Of a stretch of 64,000 nt of DNA, positions 24,959 to 38,753 are shown piece after piece. Numbering within the stretch: the stretch's first letter is position 1; the number at the start of each line of letters is the position of its first letter. Location: positions 2,098,458 through 2,162,457 of the forward strand of contig NW_018408922.1 in NCBI RefSeq assembly GCF_002113885.1. Direction: 5' to 3'. Origin of the DNA: Mizuhopecten yessoensis. Its lineage: Eukaryota. The translations under genes were made by a program, and so were the position numbers. Under the pieces are notes generated by a model. It did no database searches and had not been told where the DNA came from. It worked only from the letters and a program-made list of their open reading frames with translations.

Positions 24959-27139
24959 CATGTTTATACACACTGGCACACTCATACGAATCAATTTTCA
25001 GACAGCCATATTTTGTTGAAAAAGGAAAAACTTTTACAAAGAATTATCTCTTAAAAATTCTTGATTTTTGTTTCACTCTTCGGACATTGTTGATATCCAT
25101 ATTAAAAACACAACAATAATGTCTTTTAGAAATTCGGCCTAGATGGTGTTTTAAAGCTGAAACACTTTTGATACAGTGATTCTATTAATCATTTCTAGTT
25201 GCCTCAGGACAAGACATTATATGTTAAATAACGTGCCAATTTGTTAGATAAAATTATGACAACTGCATATAAATATGTTGATAAAGTGCAGTCCAATTTG
25301 TCAAGTGGCAATTTTTCACGCAAATCATGTTTCTGTCATTCAATCCATAATCTGAAATATGATTTGTTATTTAAATCATTAAAAATTGCATAATTTGTCT
25401 GATCAGGAAGATAAACCGGCCCTGAAATGAGTTCGCAAAATAAGAATCGGCCTAATCGTTTAATTTGATACAAATCAACGCCGGACGGTTCTTGATGTTA
25501 ATGTCGCTGGTCAATTACAATGGGGGTGATATCACGTCAATGTTTGTAAGAAGGGCAAACTAGCAAAGATAAATGTCACTACGTCTTAACAGCCCATCTT
25601 GAGCCACGCGCCATTTTGTAATGGCATATTTCACGCCAAATCATCTGAATTAGCATGGAGTCTAGCAAAACTTTACAACTCAATACATTCGTTATACCCA
25701 ATCAGTACGTCAGCTGGTATTAATATAGGTTCAGCGAGGAAAGGCAAGATAAAGTTAATCTGACGATAATGATACCATAGAATGAAATTACCGGTAGGAT
25801 CTTGTTAGGTCTGCTGATCTTTTAAAAGTGTAATTCTATATCCTATCCAACTACTCAATGACTTGTGATATGGTAGGACTTGTGTTTCCCCTCCCCATCT
25901 ATCTTTCTGTCAGTAAATGTTGACACACCAACAGGGGAGGAACAAGGGGGTTTGACATTTCCTTCGAAGGAGAAAACGCGGAAAAGAAAAAGCAAAGGGC
26001 AAAGGGAGCATCCTTGACAAAGACCTTCACTTGCAGCTCCATCTTGGGGACATCTGCTATTTAAAAATGCTTCGTTTTTCCAGCGATCATATTATCATAA
26101 TTAGCTTACACATTTTTTTGCCACTAAATATTACAGTATACAGCTAATGATCAAATTGGTGCAGCATAAATGCCTTGTTAAACTTTCGTAAGAAGCCCTC
26201 TTAAGTACAAATTATGGACATAATACCAGAAAAAAATTAATCTGCGTCACAGCAGGATCTCTCTCAATACCGCAAATGTCAGCTCTATTAGATTTTCTAG
26301 CAAATCTACAGCTTCTATTGTGATTTCCTTCGGGGCGAAAAAAATGATAAATGCATTTCGGTCTTAGTTCAGTAATTGATGTTCCTGTCCAATTTTTTTG
26401 GGTGACATGTACTATACTGATGCAAGTTTTTTCCAATTACTGCTTTGCTACTGCTGTTTATTGAGGGTTTCATCGTAAACTTTTTCCTATATTTCTATTA
26501 ACCTACATTTCATTATAGCCGCGCTATATAAATCATCAATGCAATGAACTCAATCAATATCTTATATTGATAAACTCATTTATCCTCATAATCAATTTCT
26601 TTGTGAGAAAAAAAAAGTCATTTGACCTAAGTTTAAACTAATTTGAATAAAAGCCTTTGAAATTAAATTACTACACGTTACAAGTAAATTAAGTAGGGTT
26701 TTCTTCAAAAGAAGATACATATCGTATCATTGGTTTCTTTCCACAAATATTTTTTTAATGCATTCATCATGAAGTCTGTATATAGTTACATATATTTTGT
26801 TCAAGTCGGCAGTATATTTACAAATATGTCATTTAAGAATTTGGAATATATAGCTTACTTGTCAAGAAAGTAAAGAATAGACAATTTCTATAGAACTATA
26901 GTCAATTCATTCTACACTACTGTGCAAGAAAATTAGTTTGCAAATATCAGTGACCCAGTATCCTATAAAATCTAAATTTCAATGAAGTACAATATCTGAT
27001 AACATTGATCGGGAAGATTTCAATTTTAAAATGTACTTTAATCAAGATTCTGATATGTGGCTGGAGGGTATATAGGAAAATCAGTCAGAAACACACTTCT
27101 CGTGATAGGATAATGTTTTTTTATGAAGAAAAGGGAAAA

Positions 27140-27375
27140 GGGATACAGGATAATCTGTCCAATCTGACACCCTGTGGGATCCACCAAGTTGTCTGGATAT
27201 GACAAGGTGTCAGTATAGACAGGTTTTTATATGATGGTTTTACTAGAACTGCAGAGATTAGTTATATGTTGGAAATCACAGGTTGTCATATTAGATAGTA
27301 TGTCCATATACTCAGGTGTCATATAAGGTTCTATGTCAGAATATGCATGTATCAGATTAGACATGTTTTACTATA
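27140..27375. mobile_element. Degenerate copy of the same MITE family
   Basis: CTGTCCAATCTGACACCCTGTG...GACAGGTTTT...CAGATTAGACATGTTTTACTATA is colinear with 29266-29536. Confidence 0.55.
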
Positions 27376-27449
27376 TAAATGTAATCCCTATATACCACTC
27401 CTGAGTAATGAAAACATTTCATAAGTAAAACAATTGAATGTGTTAAAAA

Positions 27450-27665
27450 TCCACTACCCCATCCAAACCACCAGAAACCCGAAATTATAACCCACCCTGA
27501 ACCCACTAGCCTATTGCCATTCAACCAACCACCAGAACCCCTAAATCATAATTCTACTTGAACTCACTACCCTATCCACTTCTCCCTCTAGCCATAAAAC
27601 CCTAAAAATTATAATCCACCCGGAACCCACCATCCATCCACCCAGAACCAGAATCTATCCATTAT
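27450..27665. repeat. Degenerate C/A-rich ~65-bp tandem repeat (3 copies)
   Basis: AACCC-AAATTATAA-CCACCC-GAACCCAC recurs at ~27475, 27537 and 27598. Confidence 0.6.
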
Positions 27666-29058
27666 CCATCTCTGTGCACTGTTTCCTCCCTCCTACCTCG
27701 AATCTGCATCTAGACAATCCATCACCTCATACAGGTTATTTTGAGCATGAGCATTACAGCAGCAATGATTTATAGGTGTCTATATCGACATTGAAATCTA
27801 CATACTGTCATTATAATCTAGAACTTTAGGGGAGGTGAGCTGACCGCATACTAATAGAGTGTGTTTTAAACAGGTTCAGAGACTTTGTCGTAAAGTGAAG
27901 CTATATTTTGTAGTGTACCAGGCCTCTTTACGTTTTTATAAACATTCATCGCAAAAACAAATGTCACATTTCGTAAATGCCCTGAACCATGAACAGATAC
28001 AGACATAAACTTGTGTACACATATTTAAATAAATGTCTACATTTTATCTAATGTATGCTAATAAATGTAGACAAGAGCAAGGATAACGATCTCCCGAATT
28101 TACCAAGCTGACAACGATCGAAATGAGACTAGGCCAGATCTGTATCTTACAAATGACACTTTCTTCACAGCAAAAATTATGAATGAGAAAACTCAAATTA
28201 CAGGTTTTTTTTATTTTTTTTTTTAAATTAAATGATATGCTCTGATGAGCAGAAGAAAGTTTGTATACAAGTGTTGGGCTCTACCGGTATCAAGATGTTT
28301 ATGGATCATATAAGTAAAAAAACATATACGTCACCAATCTCATCAAAACTGGTGGTAAAATCGACCCCAGCTGTGATGAAACTTGTGCAGCATGTAGATT
28401 AATTACGTATAAAACCCAACTTTTTTTACGATATTAATTTCATTAGTATCTGTCATATTTGTCGGCCACGACAGCAATAACTATGATGAACAATGAAGAG
28501 ATTGACCCCAGATTGTCCTTGAGGACCGAGATAAGTATCAGAGCAAAACATTGGCGTAAAAAAAGGTTACATGACTTCCCGTAGCGATCCGTCACCCGAT
28601 AGATAAGTTAATAAGATAGGCTTGAACACTTTCAAACTCTCAGACAATAACACTTACACTATATATGTAGATTACAATCTAGAAATGTTACAACATGATG
28701 TCTGTCATGGGGTCGTTTTTGTTTCATACACAATATATATCAAACCTACGATCGATATACTGATGTATATAAACACGAGGCATCATGGGAATGATGTAAG
28801 AATTACGATGTCCTACTTTCATTAAATTGATAAGTATCAAAAGCATCGGAGTCTTTTTTTCTCATCAAAGGGGGAGATAATTGATGTGATTATATCATGA
28901 TTGGAACTCTCCTCTGTGTAATTGCTGTTGACACAAAACTACTTTTTTCTCGTAAAAAGCTACAATCATGACAGGTCGGAATGAATGAGGATCAAAGCGG
29001 CTATACCAATTGTGTATTGCCACCTGAACGTTGTAATAATTCACACACATTTACTTAC

Positions 29059-29142
29059 AGATCGAGATCTCGACAAAAAATCTGATAACTTTGAAGGATG
29101 CATTTTGTCGACAGTAATATTTTCTGATGAATAGGAAGGCAT
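29059..29142 (-). CDS. Candidate alternative first coding exon (MPSYSSENITVDKMHPSKLSDFLSRSRS)
   Basis: Two in-frame ATGs (the second in AAAATG context), 28 open codons, phase-0 donor TCT|GTAAGTAA. Confidence 0.45.
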
Positions 29143-29265
29143 GGGAACTTTCTTCTTGCTGAGTTTTATAGAGTATATAATTCTAAATCTTCAGGTGTAG
29201 TATGTAGTAATTTCAAATGTACACTTCAAATATTTCACTCATGTGCATTAATAAAAATGAAAATA

Positions 29266-29536
29266 GAGTGAAACCTGGCTAATTTGACACCCTGTGAGTG
29301 GGACACAAACATGGTCAGGTCCGACAGGATGTCAGACTTCACAGGTTTTTCTTTAGAAAACACATAATTTTACCCTGATTCTGAAATTCTCAAGTTTCCT
29401 TTTTCTGTACATATAATTTATTAATCTGACCAAAAATCATTTTTAGTTTTCAGTAGAAATGGGATTACAACATCATGTTGTATTAGACAGGATGTCACTA
29501 TAATCACCTTTGGCCAGATTAGACAGGTTTTCACTG
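29266..29536. mobile_element. Tc1/mariner(pogo)-type MITE
   Basis: Imperfect TIRs GAGTGAAACCTGGCTAATTTGAC and revcomp CAGTGAAAACCTGTCTAATCTGGC, flanked by TA on both sides; 271 bp, non-coding. Confidence 0.7.
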
Positions 29537-29789
29537 TACATGTCAAACCTTTACAAATTGACCTCATCAATCTTAAACTGGATTAATCCATCCTGACATC
29601 ATCTCATTTTCTGGCGATTTCCAATTTCAATCCCTTCGATCATTCCATAACTAGGTAAGGAAATGACATTGGCTATATAAACAGAATTTCCCCATTACAT
29701 GTGAATAACAACTAAATGCTATAAAAGAACTCATAGTCTCACTACAATGATAAAAAGACCACAACATTTTTTGCATTTAACACGAATAG

Positions 29790-29992
29790 CACCTGTATAC
29801 ACAGGTTACCCTCATGAGAGACCACCTCTTTTATCAAAACAAATTACTACCTTTGTGAGGGACCACCTAATTTTTAAGACTGACAAAATTACTAAATTAT
29901 TTCAAAAGAACTGAACCTGTGTTTAGAAACCATTTTCCTTGAAAGACCACCTGTGTTTGTCAAAAGAGTTGGTTTCTCCAAACAGATTCTAC
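29790..29992. mobile_element. GACCACCT-subrepeat MITE family relic
   Basis: GAGACCACCT, GGACCACCT and AAGACCACCT units ending GTTGGTTTCTCCAAACAGATT. Confidence 0.5.
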
Positions 29993-30899
29993 ACCATATC
30001 AACACACATAGAACCAATGATTTAAACAACCTGTTATATCAATCATCACAACTTAGTGTGTCAAGATGATTTTGATGAACCTTTTGAATACATCATTAAA
30101 TTTTATTTCCAAACTATTAGAATTCAGATTTTTTTAAATTTTGATGCACACAGGATTCTTACTTACTAAATAAAAGTCATAGACGGAAGCCATATCTCAA
30201 GAGTATTGACTTTTCAAAAATTGTAAAAAATGGAATATTTCATAAGCATGTTACAATGACAGGCAGGCATGGAATGTCTGCAGCACTGCTCAACATAAAT
30301 CAGCCGGTCCCTAATTAAACCAAACAGGTTGTTTAACATGGGCAGACTTTCAATTAATGCACCCGTCAATGCCGCCTGTCCCTGCGGCCTGTCAGCTGTC
30401 AATACATCAAAGAAACATTGCGGAGTGTTACAGACAAGCCGAGTAAGGCTGAGCAGCACCTGAGAAGAATAAAACTGTGAAAGTCAGCGCTGACGATGAC
30501 ATTTGTGTCAGTAAGTATTTCGAGCTGTTGAAAGTGTAGGTGGTATTTTGGAAACAAGAGACATTGATGAGTGACATTTCGTGTGTCCATCACATCCATC
30601 ATGCACATGAATTACCCCAACAAGTCTGTGTTTCATCAGACGTTTAAACTGTAATGACATATAAGCATGCGGTATATGTGATGATATGCCTCTAGATTAG
30701 CATACTTGACAGAATCGTGGAGGCATTATGGCCGCGATGCTACATATTTTTATTACATCAACCTACTTGTGAACATCTAATTATTTATTGAACATCCATA
30801 GAGTTAATTTTTATATAATGCCATTACCTGGCTGTTCTTGTAAGTGTCGTTTTCAAGGCCTAGAAACATTAATTTTGTTCATCTCATCACAAATCTTTT

Positions 30900-31990
30900 T
30901 ATAAGACCCTTGGTTATAAACCTCTCATACTGCCATGAACATCAAGCAATCAACTTCTGAGGACCATTGGAAGTTCAGAATGCCAATAATTTCTGGAAGA
31001 CTATTGGAAGTGCAGGATGCCATTAACTTTTGAGGACCATTGGAAGTTCAGGTTGCCATCAATTTCTGGGGGACCATTGGAAGTTAAGACCCTTGGTTAT
31101 AAACCTCTCATACTACCACGAACATCAAGCAATCAGTTTCTAAATGACCACCTGTTGTTCATATTAACATCAACTTGTGGAAGACCATTAGAAGTCATGT
31201 TGCCATCAATTTCTGGAGGACCAATGTAAGTTCATGTTGCCATCAACCTGTGGAGGACCATTGGAAGTTCATGTTGCCATTAACTTCTGAGGACCATTGG
31301 AAGTTCAGGTTGCCATCAATTTCTGGAGGACCATTGGAAGTTTAGGATGCCATCAATTTCTGGAGGACCATTGGAAGTTCATATTGCCATCAATTTCTGA
31401 GGACCATTGGAAGTTCATGTTGCCATCAACCTGTGAGGACTATTGTAAGTTCATGTTGCCATCAATTTCTGGAAGACTATTGGAAGTTCATGTTGCCATC
31501 AATTTCTGGAAGACAATTGGAAGTTCAGAATGCCATCAACTTGTGGAGGACCATTGAAAGTTCAGGTTGCCACAATTTCAGGAGGACCATTAGAAGAGGA
31601 AATTTATCTTTCCATCAACTTCTGAGAACTATTGGAAGTTCATGTTGTCGTTAGCTTTTGTAGGACCATTGGAAGTTCACGTTGTCACCAACCACCTAAA
31701 CACCACTAGTTGTTCATGCTATCATTAAAGTCTCAAGAAACAGTGGTTGCCATTAGTCTTACTGGAATCAATTGTGGTTACAAAAATCTTTAGGTTGTTC
31801 ATGTTGCCCCAAACATTCAAACCTTCCAAGAAACAATGATTGCAATGAATTTTCTTAGAATGAGTTTTTATGGCTACCAACCTATCAGGGGTAATAGGTT
31901 GTTCTTGTTGTCATCCATCTCTGAAGAACCATAAGTTGCTCATGATGATATCAACCTCTGGAGAATCATAAGGGGTTCTAGTTGCCTCAA
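30900..31990. repeat. 36-37-bp minisatellite (GGAGGACCATTGGAAGTTCATGTTGCCATCAATTTCT), decaying after ~31690
   Basis: About 20 recognisable units. The block TAAGACCCTTGGTTATAAACCTCTCATACT is duplicated at ~30902 and ~31085. Confidence 0.93.
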
Positions 31991-34900
31991 ACATTGGCTA
32001 TTTTGCACCAACATCTAAAAATAACTGGTACATCATTTAGAACCCTTTGTAACATATTCAGATGTAATGAACAGGTGTTTCCATAAAAAGTCTGAAGTGG
32101 ACCAAAATACCATAAAAGTCACGGAACAAAGACAGGATTTTATCGGGGGTATTTGGGGAGGTGTATTAAAAGGATGAAATATATGAAAAGAGAAATTTTC
32201 ACCGGGTCTAAAAGGTTGTTGTCATTTAGAGAATTGTGGAAAGAGGTGCCGTTTAGGTTCTCATTAAATGACCCTTATGAGTACCCTGACAAATTATTAT
32301 GCCAAAAGGAAAGTTAATTTTGGCTACTGTTTCCACTATTGATAGAATATCTTTCATCAGTTTAAAAGCAAAATCATGATTTGTCATCAAATACATTAGC
32401 GTATGTAACAAAAGGCTACAGGTGTACAATGGTATCAATGCGACCAGGTAAATGTAACGAGATACCTGTACTTTACCTGGCCTATTATACCTGTAAACAC
32501 CTATACAGATGTTTGATCTTTCATAATGCTGTAATTAGGAAGTAATTTACCATGCAAAAAAATCTTCCCCGAAATGTTGCTAAACATCAATGACAGAAGT
32601 TAGGCTGTACTTATCAGCTGAATGAAAAACTGATGAACAGTGTCTATTTTGAGTTTCGTAAATACTTGAACACATGGTGGTATACGCATCCATTCACAGC
32701 TTGGTTCGTTCAAGATACCTGAACAAAGTGAAAATTACGCCATTAATCATTGTATTTAAAGTAATATTCACATGAGCATGAAAGTGCAGTCGTTTTTTTC
32801 TGTGAGGGTTGAAGAGAACACCCTGATCGACAGTTCACAGTACAGTCGATTATCCCTGTGAAATGTATGCATGCATGCACAAACATTTTGCAAGTGGGTG
32901 GTCCTCACGAAAAAGTCATAGACAATTGGAAAGTTTACTTTCCGTAGGTATTTTTTTTCTTTAAATTTGATGAAGACGTGTCACCTCGTTGTCAGTATCG
33001 TGTTACTATAGCAACTCTCCCCAAACTTGTTTTTGACACTACGATATACCAAGTAGATGTAAAATGGATGCCGGATTAAAGAACACTATATTCATTACAA
33101 ATAAACAGACATCATTCTTAAAATTTGACAGCGGAGTGTCGCCTTAATAAGATCAGTTCCCGACACATCTGTCACAGGTTGAAATCAACACACAATTGTC
33201 AGACAAACTCGCCTTCAATTCATTTTACTTTTTTTTCCCCCATTGACATCGTCATTCAGACCATTCAAATCCTTGTTTACAAGTTTCAAATACTTATTGT
33301 GAAAGTGGTTCTTGACAATTCTAGCATGACAAAACAACATTTTGACAGATGGATGTCAACAGGTAGAATTTAAATAAATGAAACTATCGATCATTTTCAT
33401 TTATTTGTTTTATAAGCAAATCAAGGATTAAATAAAACTGATGCAATATGCATTACAAAATTTAGGACATTTAGAAAAGCATGTTAAAAACGTACAATTT
33501 TATACTAGTACAATTTTTATAACTTTCAGATAAATGAAGAAAATTCCACGTTTTAAAATAGTCCTCATTATTAGGATCCAGTCCATTTTTAAATAACAAA
33601 CTACAACTAGCTAAGGTAAATTTTGAAAATTTCCCCAGCATTGATCTGATTTTTTTTCTCAATTTCGTTGTTCAAACTCCCCTGATTCCTGCATGACTAT
33701 GGCGAAATCAAATCCCTTGAGAAAAGTCGCTACAAGTACATGTCAACTGTTTTTAAAATTCTGTTAAGCTTGATGATAAATTTTTAAAAAATTGTTAAAT
33801 GTACGTTAAAAAATATTGCACCTTCGAAACTAAAACATACTTACACAGAAATTCAATAACAAATTTCTACAAACAATACTACACAAATATGATTGCAAAT
33901 TGTAAGATAAGTTGAAAAGTTTTTTACTTGAAAGTAAGCTACTTGTACTAACAAAGCTATAGCACTCTGCCCCTGAAGTACAGCCTCTAGCAAAATGTTT
34001 CTATAGTTTTTATATAAGGGTATTAATTCCGTCAAAACATTTTCTCAATGAAACGGCACCTTTTTTTGTGTGTCCTTTCGCACCTGTATGGTACAACTGT
34101 GTTGTAATGTATTAGCACAGCGTGTTTACTCTAGAGTGCACTGTATGTGTGTTCAACGACCGAAACGCTGCACCCACGACCTTTATGTGACCTTCAACAA
34201 TCGTGGCCTGTTTGAAATATACCAACTGGTAGTCTTTCAACTTTTAGAGAAAATAGAGAAAATTGCAACGTAATTTGATGTGACATAATGCAATTAAACG
34301 GTTCGTAAAAACATTTTCTCTTATCTAGCCTGATCAATGTTTTGAACATAATTAGTTTCTTATTTGGACGCAACTACTTCCTGTCAATATTTTTCGTCTA
34401 CGTCACTCTAAGAGTTGATATGTACCTCTAGCGAAGATATAACATTTCTGACACGCGGAGTTCACCCCCTCCCAAAACCATTGTCAATTTGTTGTGGGTC
34501 TGTAACTAGATCAGCCCCTTCCCCCAGCTGGAGTCAACTAGTTTAAGGTGAGCTCCAACAAAGGCGATTGTCTTGACCCCTAATGGCCAAAGAGAACACT
34601 AGACTACCCCCACCCGTAATTCACACCTGTACACAGGTAAGTATTGTTTACTGGACACAAGTTGACTCATTCATTAACGAGCTAGTCGTCACAGGTGTAA
34701 CAATAGCCCATCAAATGGGATGTAGACTCGAGGAATTTGAAAGCCGAGAGATCAGTATCTCCCTGTACGTTAGTTACTTTATGACACGACAATCGTAATT
34801 GTACTGCCGGAATGCCGTTTTGATAGCAAGCACCAGGATGTGAGTTTGTATATATATATACACACTCGAGTGACTTGTTATTACGCCTCCCCAGGGTCAA

Positions 34901-36739
34901 GTACAACCTACCCTAACTTATACCTCTTGCAAATGACAGGTCGATCTGACGAAACATATACGTCATACCCCGTGTCGGGACATCCCAAACAAACACACGC
35001 AGACCACAATGAGGCAGCCCGTAATTAAATTATACTGTTTGACTTACGTAGCTTAAAAGGTATGACAGACAATTTTGTTGCAATTTCGGTCCAAACGCCA
35101 ATGTCTATATGTGTGTTGAACACAAATGGGTTTGTACCTAAAACCACAATTGTTGCCAAAATGTTTAATCTGCAATAGACACCGACTTGTCAATTTCTGT
35201 CAATCATTTCTTTTCACCTGAGATCACTCATCGGCATGCACTCGTCAATTTTCTGACCAAGTGGACACGCTTCTATCCTTCTAAATATGTAACCCATCTA
35301 ATTGGTCTGGTAGCTCATAAATAAAAATGTACTTTTCAAAACTGTCAAGCTCTAAAGGATATTCTGGGAACGATTTTTTGTATTTCTTTGATAACCTTGT
35401 ATCATTCATTTTATCAACTTTCGAAATGGACAGCTCAAAATGACAAGCAGAAATATAGTAGCACCAGACCATTTGAAAGCATTTGTATGTACATCAGCGT
35501 AACCTTTACCGGAAAATGAAAAAAGTTCAGAAAAAATATCTCCCAAGATCAAAAATGAAGAATTAAGAAAGAAAATTTAAATTGTAATATGGTGTGCTTG
35601 AGTCTCAATAATGATAATAAAAGACTTGATATAAATATTATTTATTCAATATCAAGAACAGAAAAAAATGAAATTCTGTAAACTTATGAAAAATCAATGA
35701 AGCTGTAGAAAAGATTGTTTTTTTTTACAATTTAATTTAAAATGATGTCTTAACATATATAGTCATTGTGTTCATAGAATTATTGTAAAATTCTTTATAT
35801 ATTTGTGAAAACACTTTTACTGTGGGAACGATTATCTTACGATTATATATTGTAATGAATATTGAGCACAAAATATGGTTGATTACTATTTGAATGTTTT
35901 ATCAAGTTTTGTAGCAATCTTTTAAATATGATACTCAGTTCTGCGGTGGAAGAGGATTTTGCATGGTACACAATCTGGCGTTTCCCAGTAGTGTGGGACC
36001 TTATTTCTTCCTCTCCATTGTATGGACCTAAATATAATTTTATTTGATATGTTAGTCATCGTTAATCTATATTAGCAATTAATCAATCCTTTTAAATGTG
36101 TTTAAAAGTTGATTATTATCATAATATTTACTCTAATTGGTTTAAATGCAATTCAAAATTGGAACTCTCCTCAAGAGGAGATCAATTTAGTGTGGGTAAA
36201 GCTGATGCCCTAATTTTCTGTCAAGTGTCTGTGTGATAGTATTGGGTTGACAGTGTGCTCTGACACATGGCTAAACAAAAACGCTAATGAAATTTGGACA
36301 ATATCAACAATGAAGATCTCCATTTGACCGAAAAATTTGTTGTGACTGACGAGGCACAGGGTGACATCATGTCATGTTTCATTGTATGGATCTACAGGAC
36401 ACAGGGTAACGCGATATGAAACATGACACTCAACACAACAATGGCTGGTTAGCCGAGAAGACCTCACGCTTGATGACTGGTGTTTATACAGAACATAATC
36501 GGTACAAGTAATATTTATAGCTATATGAAGTACTGAGCTACATCAACTGAAAGAATATTATAATAGATTTCATTTAATCATTTATTTTTCAATATTTACA
36601 ATTTCATTGTATGGTTTTTAGGAAAATCTGTTGTTTAAATGCAGGTCTTGAAAATTTCTTTCATAATAGATAGATCAGTCTAAGAACAAACTGTCTTTTG
36701 TAACAGACCATTTTATTTCATGAGGAATAAACCGATCAG

Positions 36740-37012
36740 AGGACAGAACATGGTTTGAGAGGTCACCTGTCACCTAAGACCACCTATATTGGAAATTCTG
36801 TCTTGAAAGACCAGCTATTTAAGAGTCTACATGTGTCAATAGAGACAGTTTAGCTGTTTTTTCAATAGTGAGTTGTCTAGAGAACTAGAGATCACCTGTT
36901 TAAAGAGACCACCTGCCTACAGATCACCTGTCTAAAGAGACCATACCATGGCTATCTACTTTAGAGGTCGCCAATTACTTACGAAAGCAATGGCCTTTTA
37001 AGACAGGTTCTT
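36740..37012. mobile_element. GACCACCT-subrepeat MITE family relic
   Basis: Repeated AGAGACCACCTG/AGATCACCTG units ending AAGACAGGTTC. Related relics at ~310-415, ~29790-29990, ~52310-52540 and ~62525-62905. Confidence 0.55.
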
Positions 37013-37506
37013 AAGTATAATGGTTAGATGATAGCAAATTGGTCCATTTTCTAATATTAAGAAATTAAACCTGTTTATTACTGATAAAAGAATATATATG
37101 TCCTTCATATAAACAAAGAAAATATCTCATCTTTAAAACCAGTACATTTTCAGAATTTTCAGCTATTTTCATGTTTTGCTATTTTCTATTACCTAACTTT
37201 TGGAGGTTCTGGTCCTAAAACATAACATCTAAACTAGGGGTTTTCCGTCTCCAATGTGTCGAATAACCCATAAACTACATGCAGGCTACATGAACGAGGA
37301 AGAGCTCTCTTTGAGCCAATACCCATCTCCGAGAAAGGTTATTCAGTAAATATATTTTGCACTTAAACATGTCAAAAACATGTTTCGACTGAAACATTTT
37401 ATGCAGAATATGACAAATTTACATAAAAAACCTATTATTGTATAAAATTACACAAAAATAAAGTATACTTTTAAAAATGACATTATCTTGTGTAAATCAA
37501 ACTCAC

Positions 37507-37611
37507 CGTCTTGACCCGACCCTTTTTATCTGCGGAGGAGGGGATGTTCTCAACTCGCATTAATGACGAGACTACAAGATGGGGGCAGGCTCGTAAAGTC
37601 AACAATGGCAT
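37507..37611 (-). CDS. Candidate alternative first coding exon (MPLLTLRACPHLVVSSLMRVENIPSSADKKGRVKT; frame open from the ATG at 37698)
   Basis: CAAACAATG start, 35 open codons, consensus phase-0 donor ACG|GTGAGT, locally raised GC. Confidence 0.5.
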
Positions 37612-38753
37612 TGTTTGTTCCGGACTATACACTCTTCCAAACAGAATTACGCCCTTTTCTGAATTATATGTGACAATTATGATCCAAGTAAGGGTCATTT
37701 ATGGACATAAAATTTGTTAACAGGCCTAAATATAAAACATTTACGTTTGTTATTCATATTAAACGTATCGCAATAACTGTTTCACACAGTCTGGTTCGGG
37801 ATTTTTTTAATGTTTAGAGGATATGTTTTCCTAGACAGGGAACAGACATTTAGTGCTCGTATTATCCAAATGTTTCAACAATTACCGACCCCAGCATATG
37901 ACCTCCTGCCACCGTTGGCCAACACAATACATGTCACATTTTAACATTGACAGGGTTTGTCAACTTTTCAGCACCTTGCGATGCAGACTGATTGACATAC
38001 AAAAAGACATGTATTGTGTTGGTAGGAGTTCCGGATGTCACGGCCAAACTTGCTTATCGACATGTATACCTTACATACGTAAGTAAATAACTACTTACGT
38101 ACAAAGATTCAAGCAAATAAAAAGTATTGTTAGATTGACAAATGAATTGTTCAACATTAAAAATTAAAAAAATCCATAAAATTCGTAAAATGTTTATCAA
38201 TTTTCATTAAAGTTTTTTTTCATACAGCAGGGTTTAGATTATCACCTGGAAATTTTAAAGTTTATTTTAAATTATCATCTTTTTTTTTACCCATCAAGCT
38301 AAGCAGACTTCCAACACCTAGTCCTGACGTGAGTATTCTGTAATGCTAAACCAACAAAACATGCAAAACTGGTGAAAATATTTATAACCAAACAAAAATT
38401 AAAAGTGCATTTTCGTTTTTTCCCCCACACAAATTCTTGGCTTAGCTATAATGCATTCTTTATGTACGCTGATAATCGGACTCCGATATGAATGTAAAAT
38501 ATGGCAATCTTTAAGACCATATTTCTTTTCATTCATACTTTGTTACAATAATTTTCGTAATAAACACCCTTCACATTCACATATATATGCTGGAGAAGGT
38601 TGCTCACTACTTTTAACTTTTTATTTCGAAGAATAGCAGAGATTCAAGGGGGCAAAATGTTGGTCATAAATACATGTTATTGATGATTAGATTGTATTTT
38701 TTTTTTATCTATATCTAGAAATAAAATTAACTCTGACCTTACATCTTTAAACA

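Noticed and set aside
34583-34640. Plus-strand ATG...CAG|GTAAGT mini-exon (MAKENTRLPPPVIHTCTQ)
   Set aside because: No downstream plus-strand coding exons were found, and the donor is part of a CAGGTR motif cluster.
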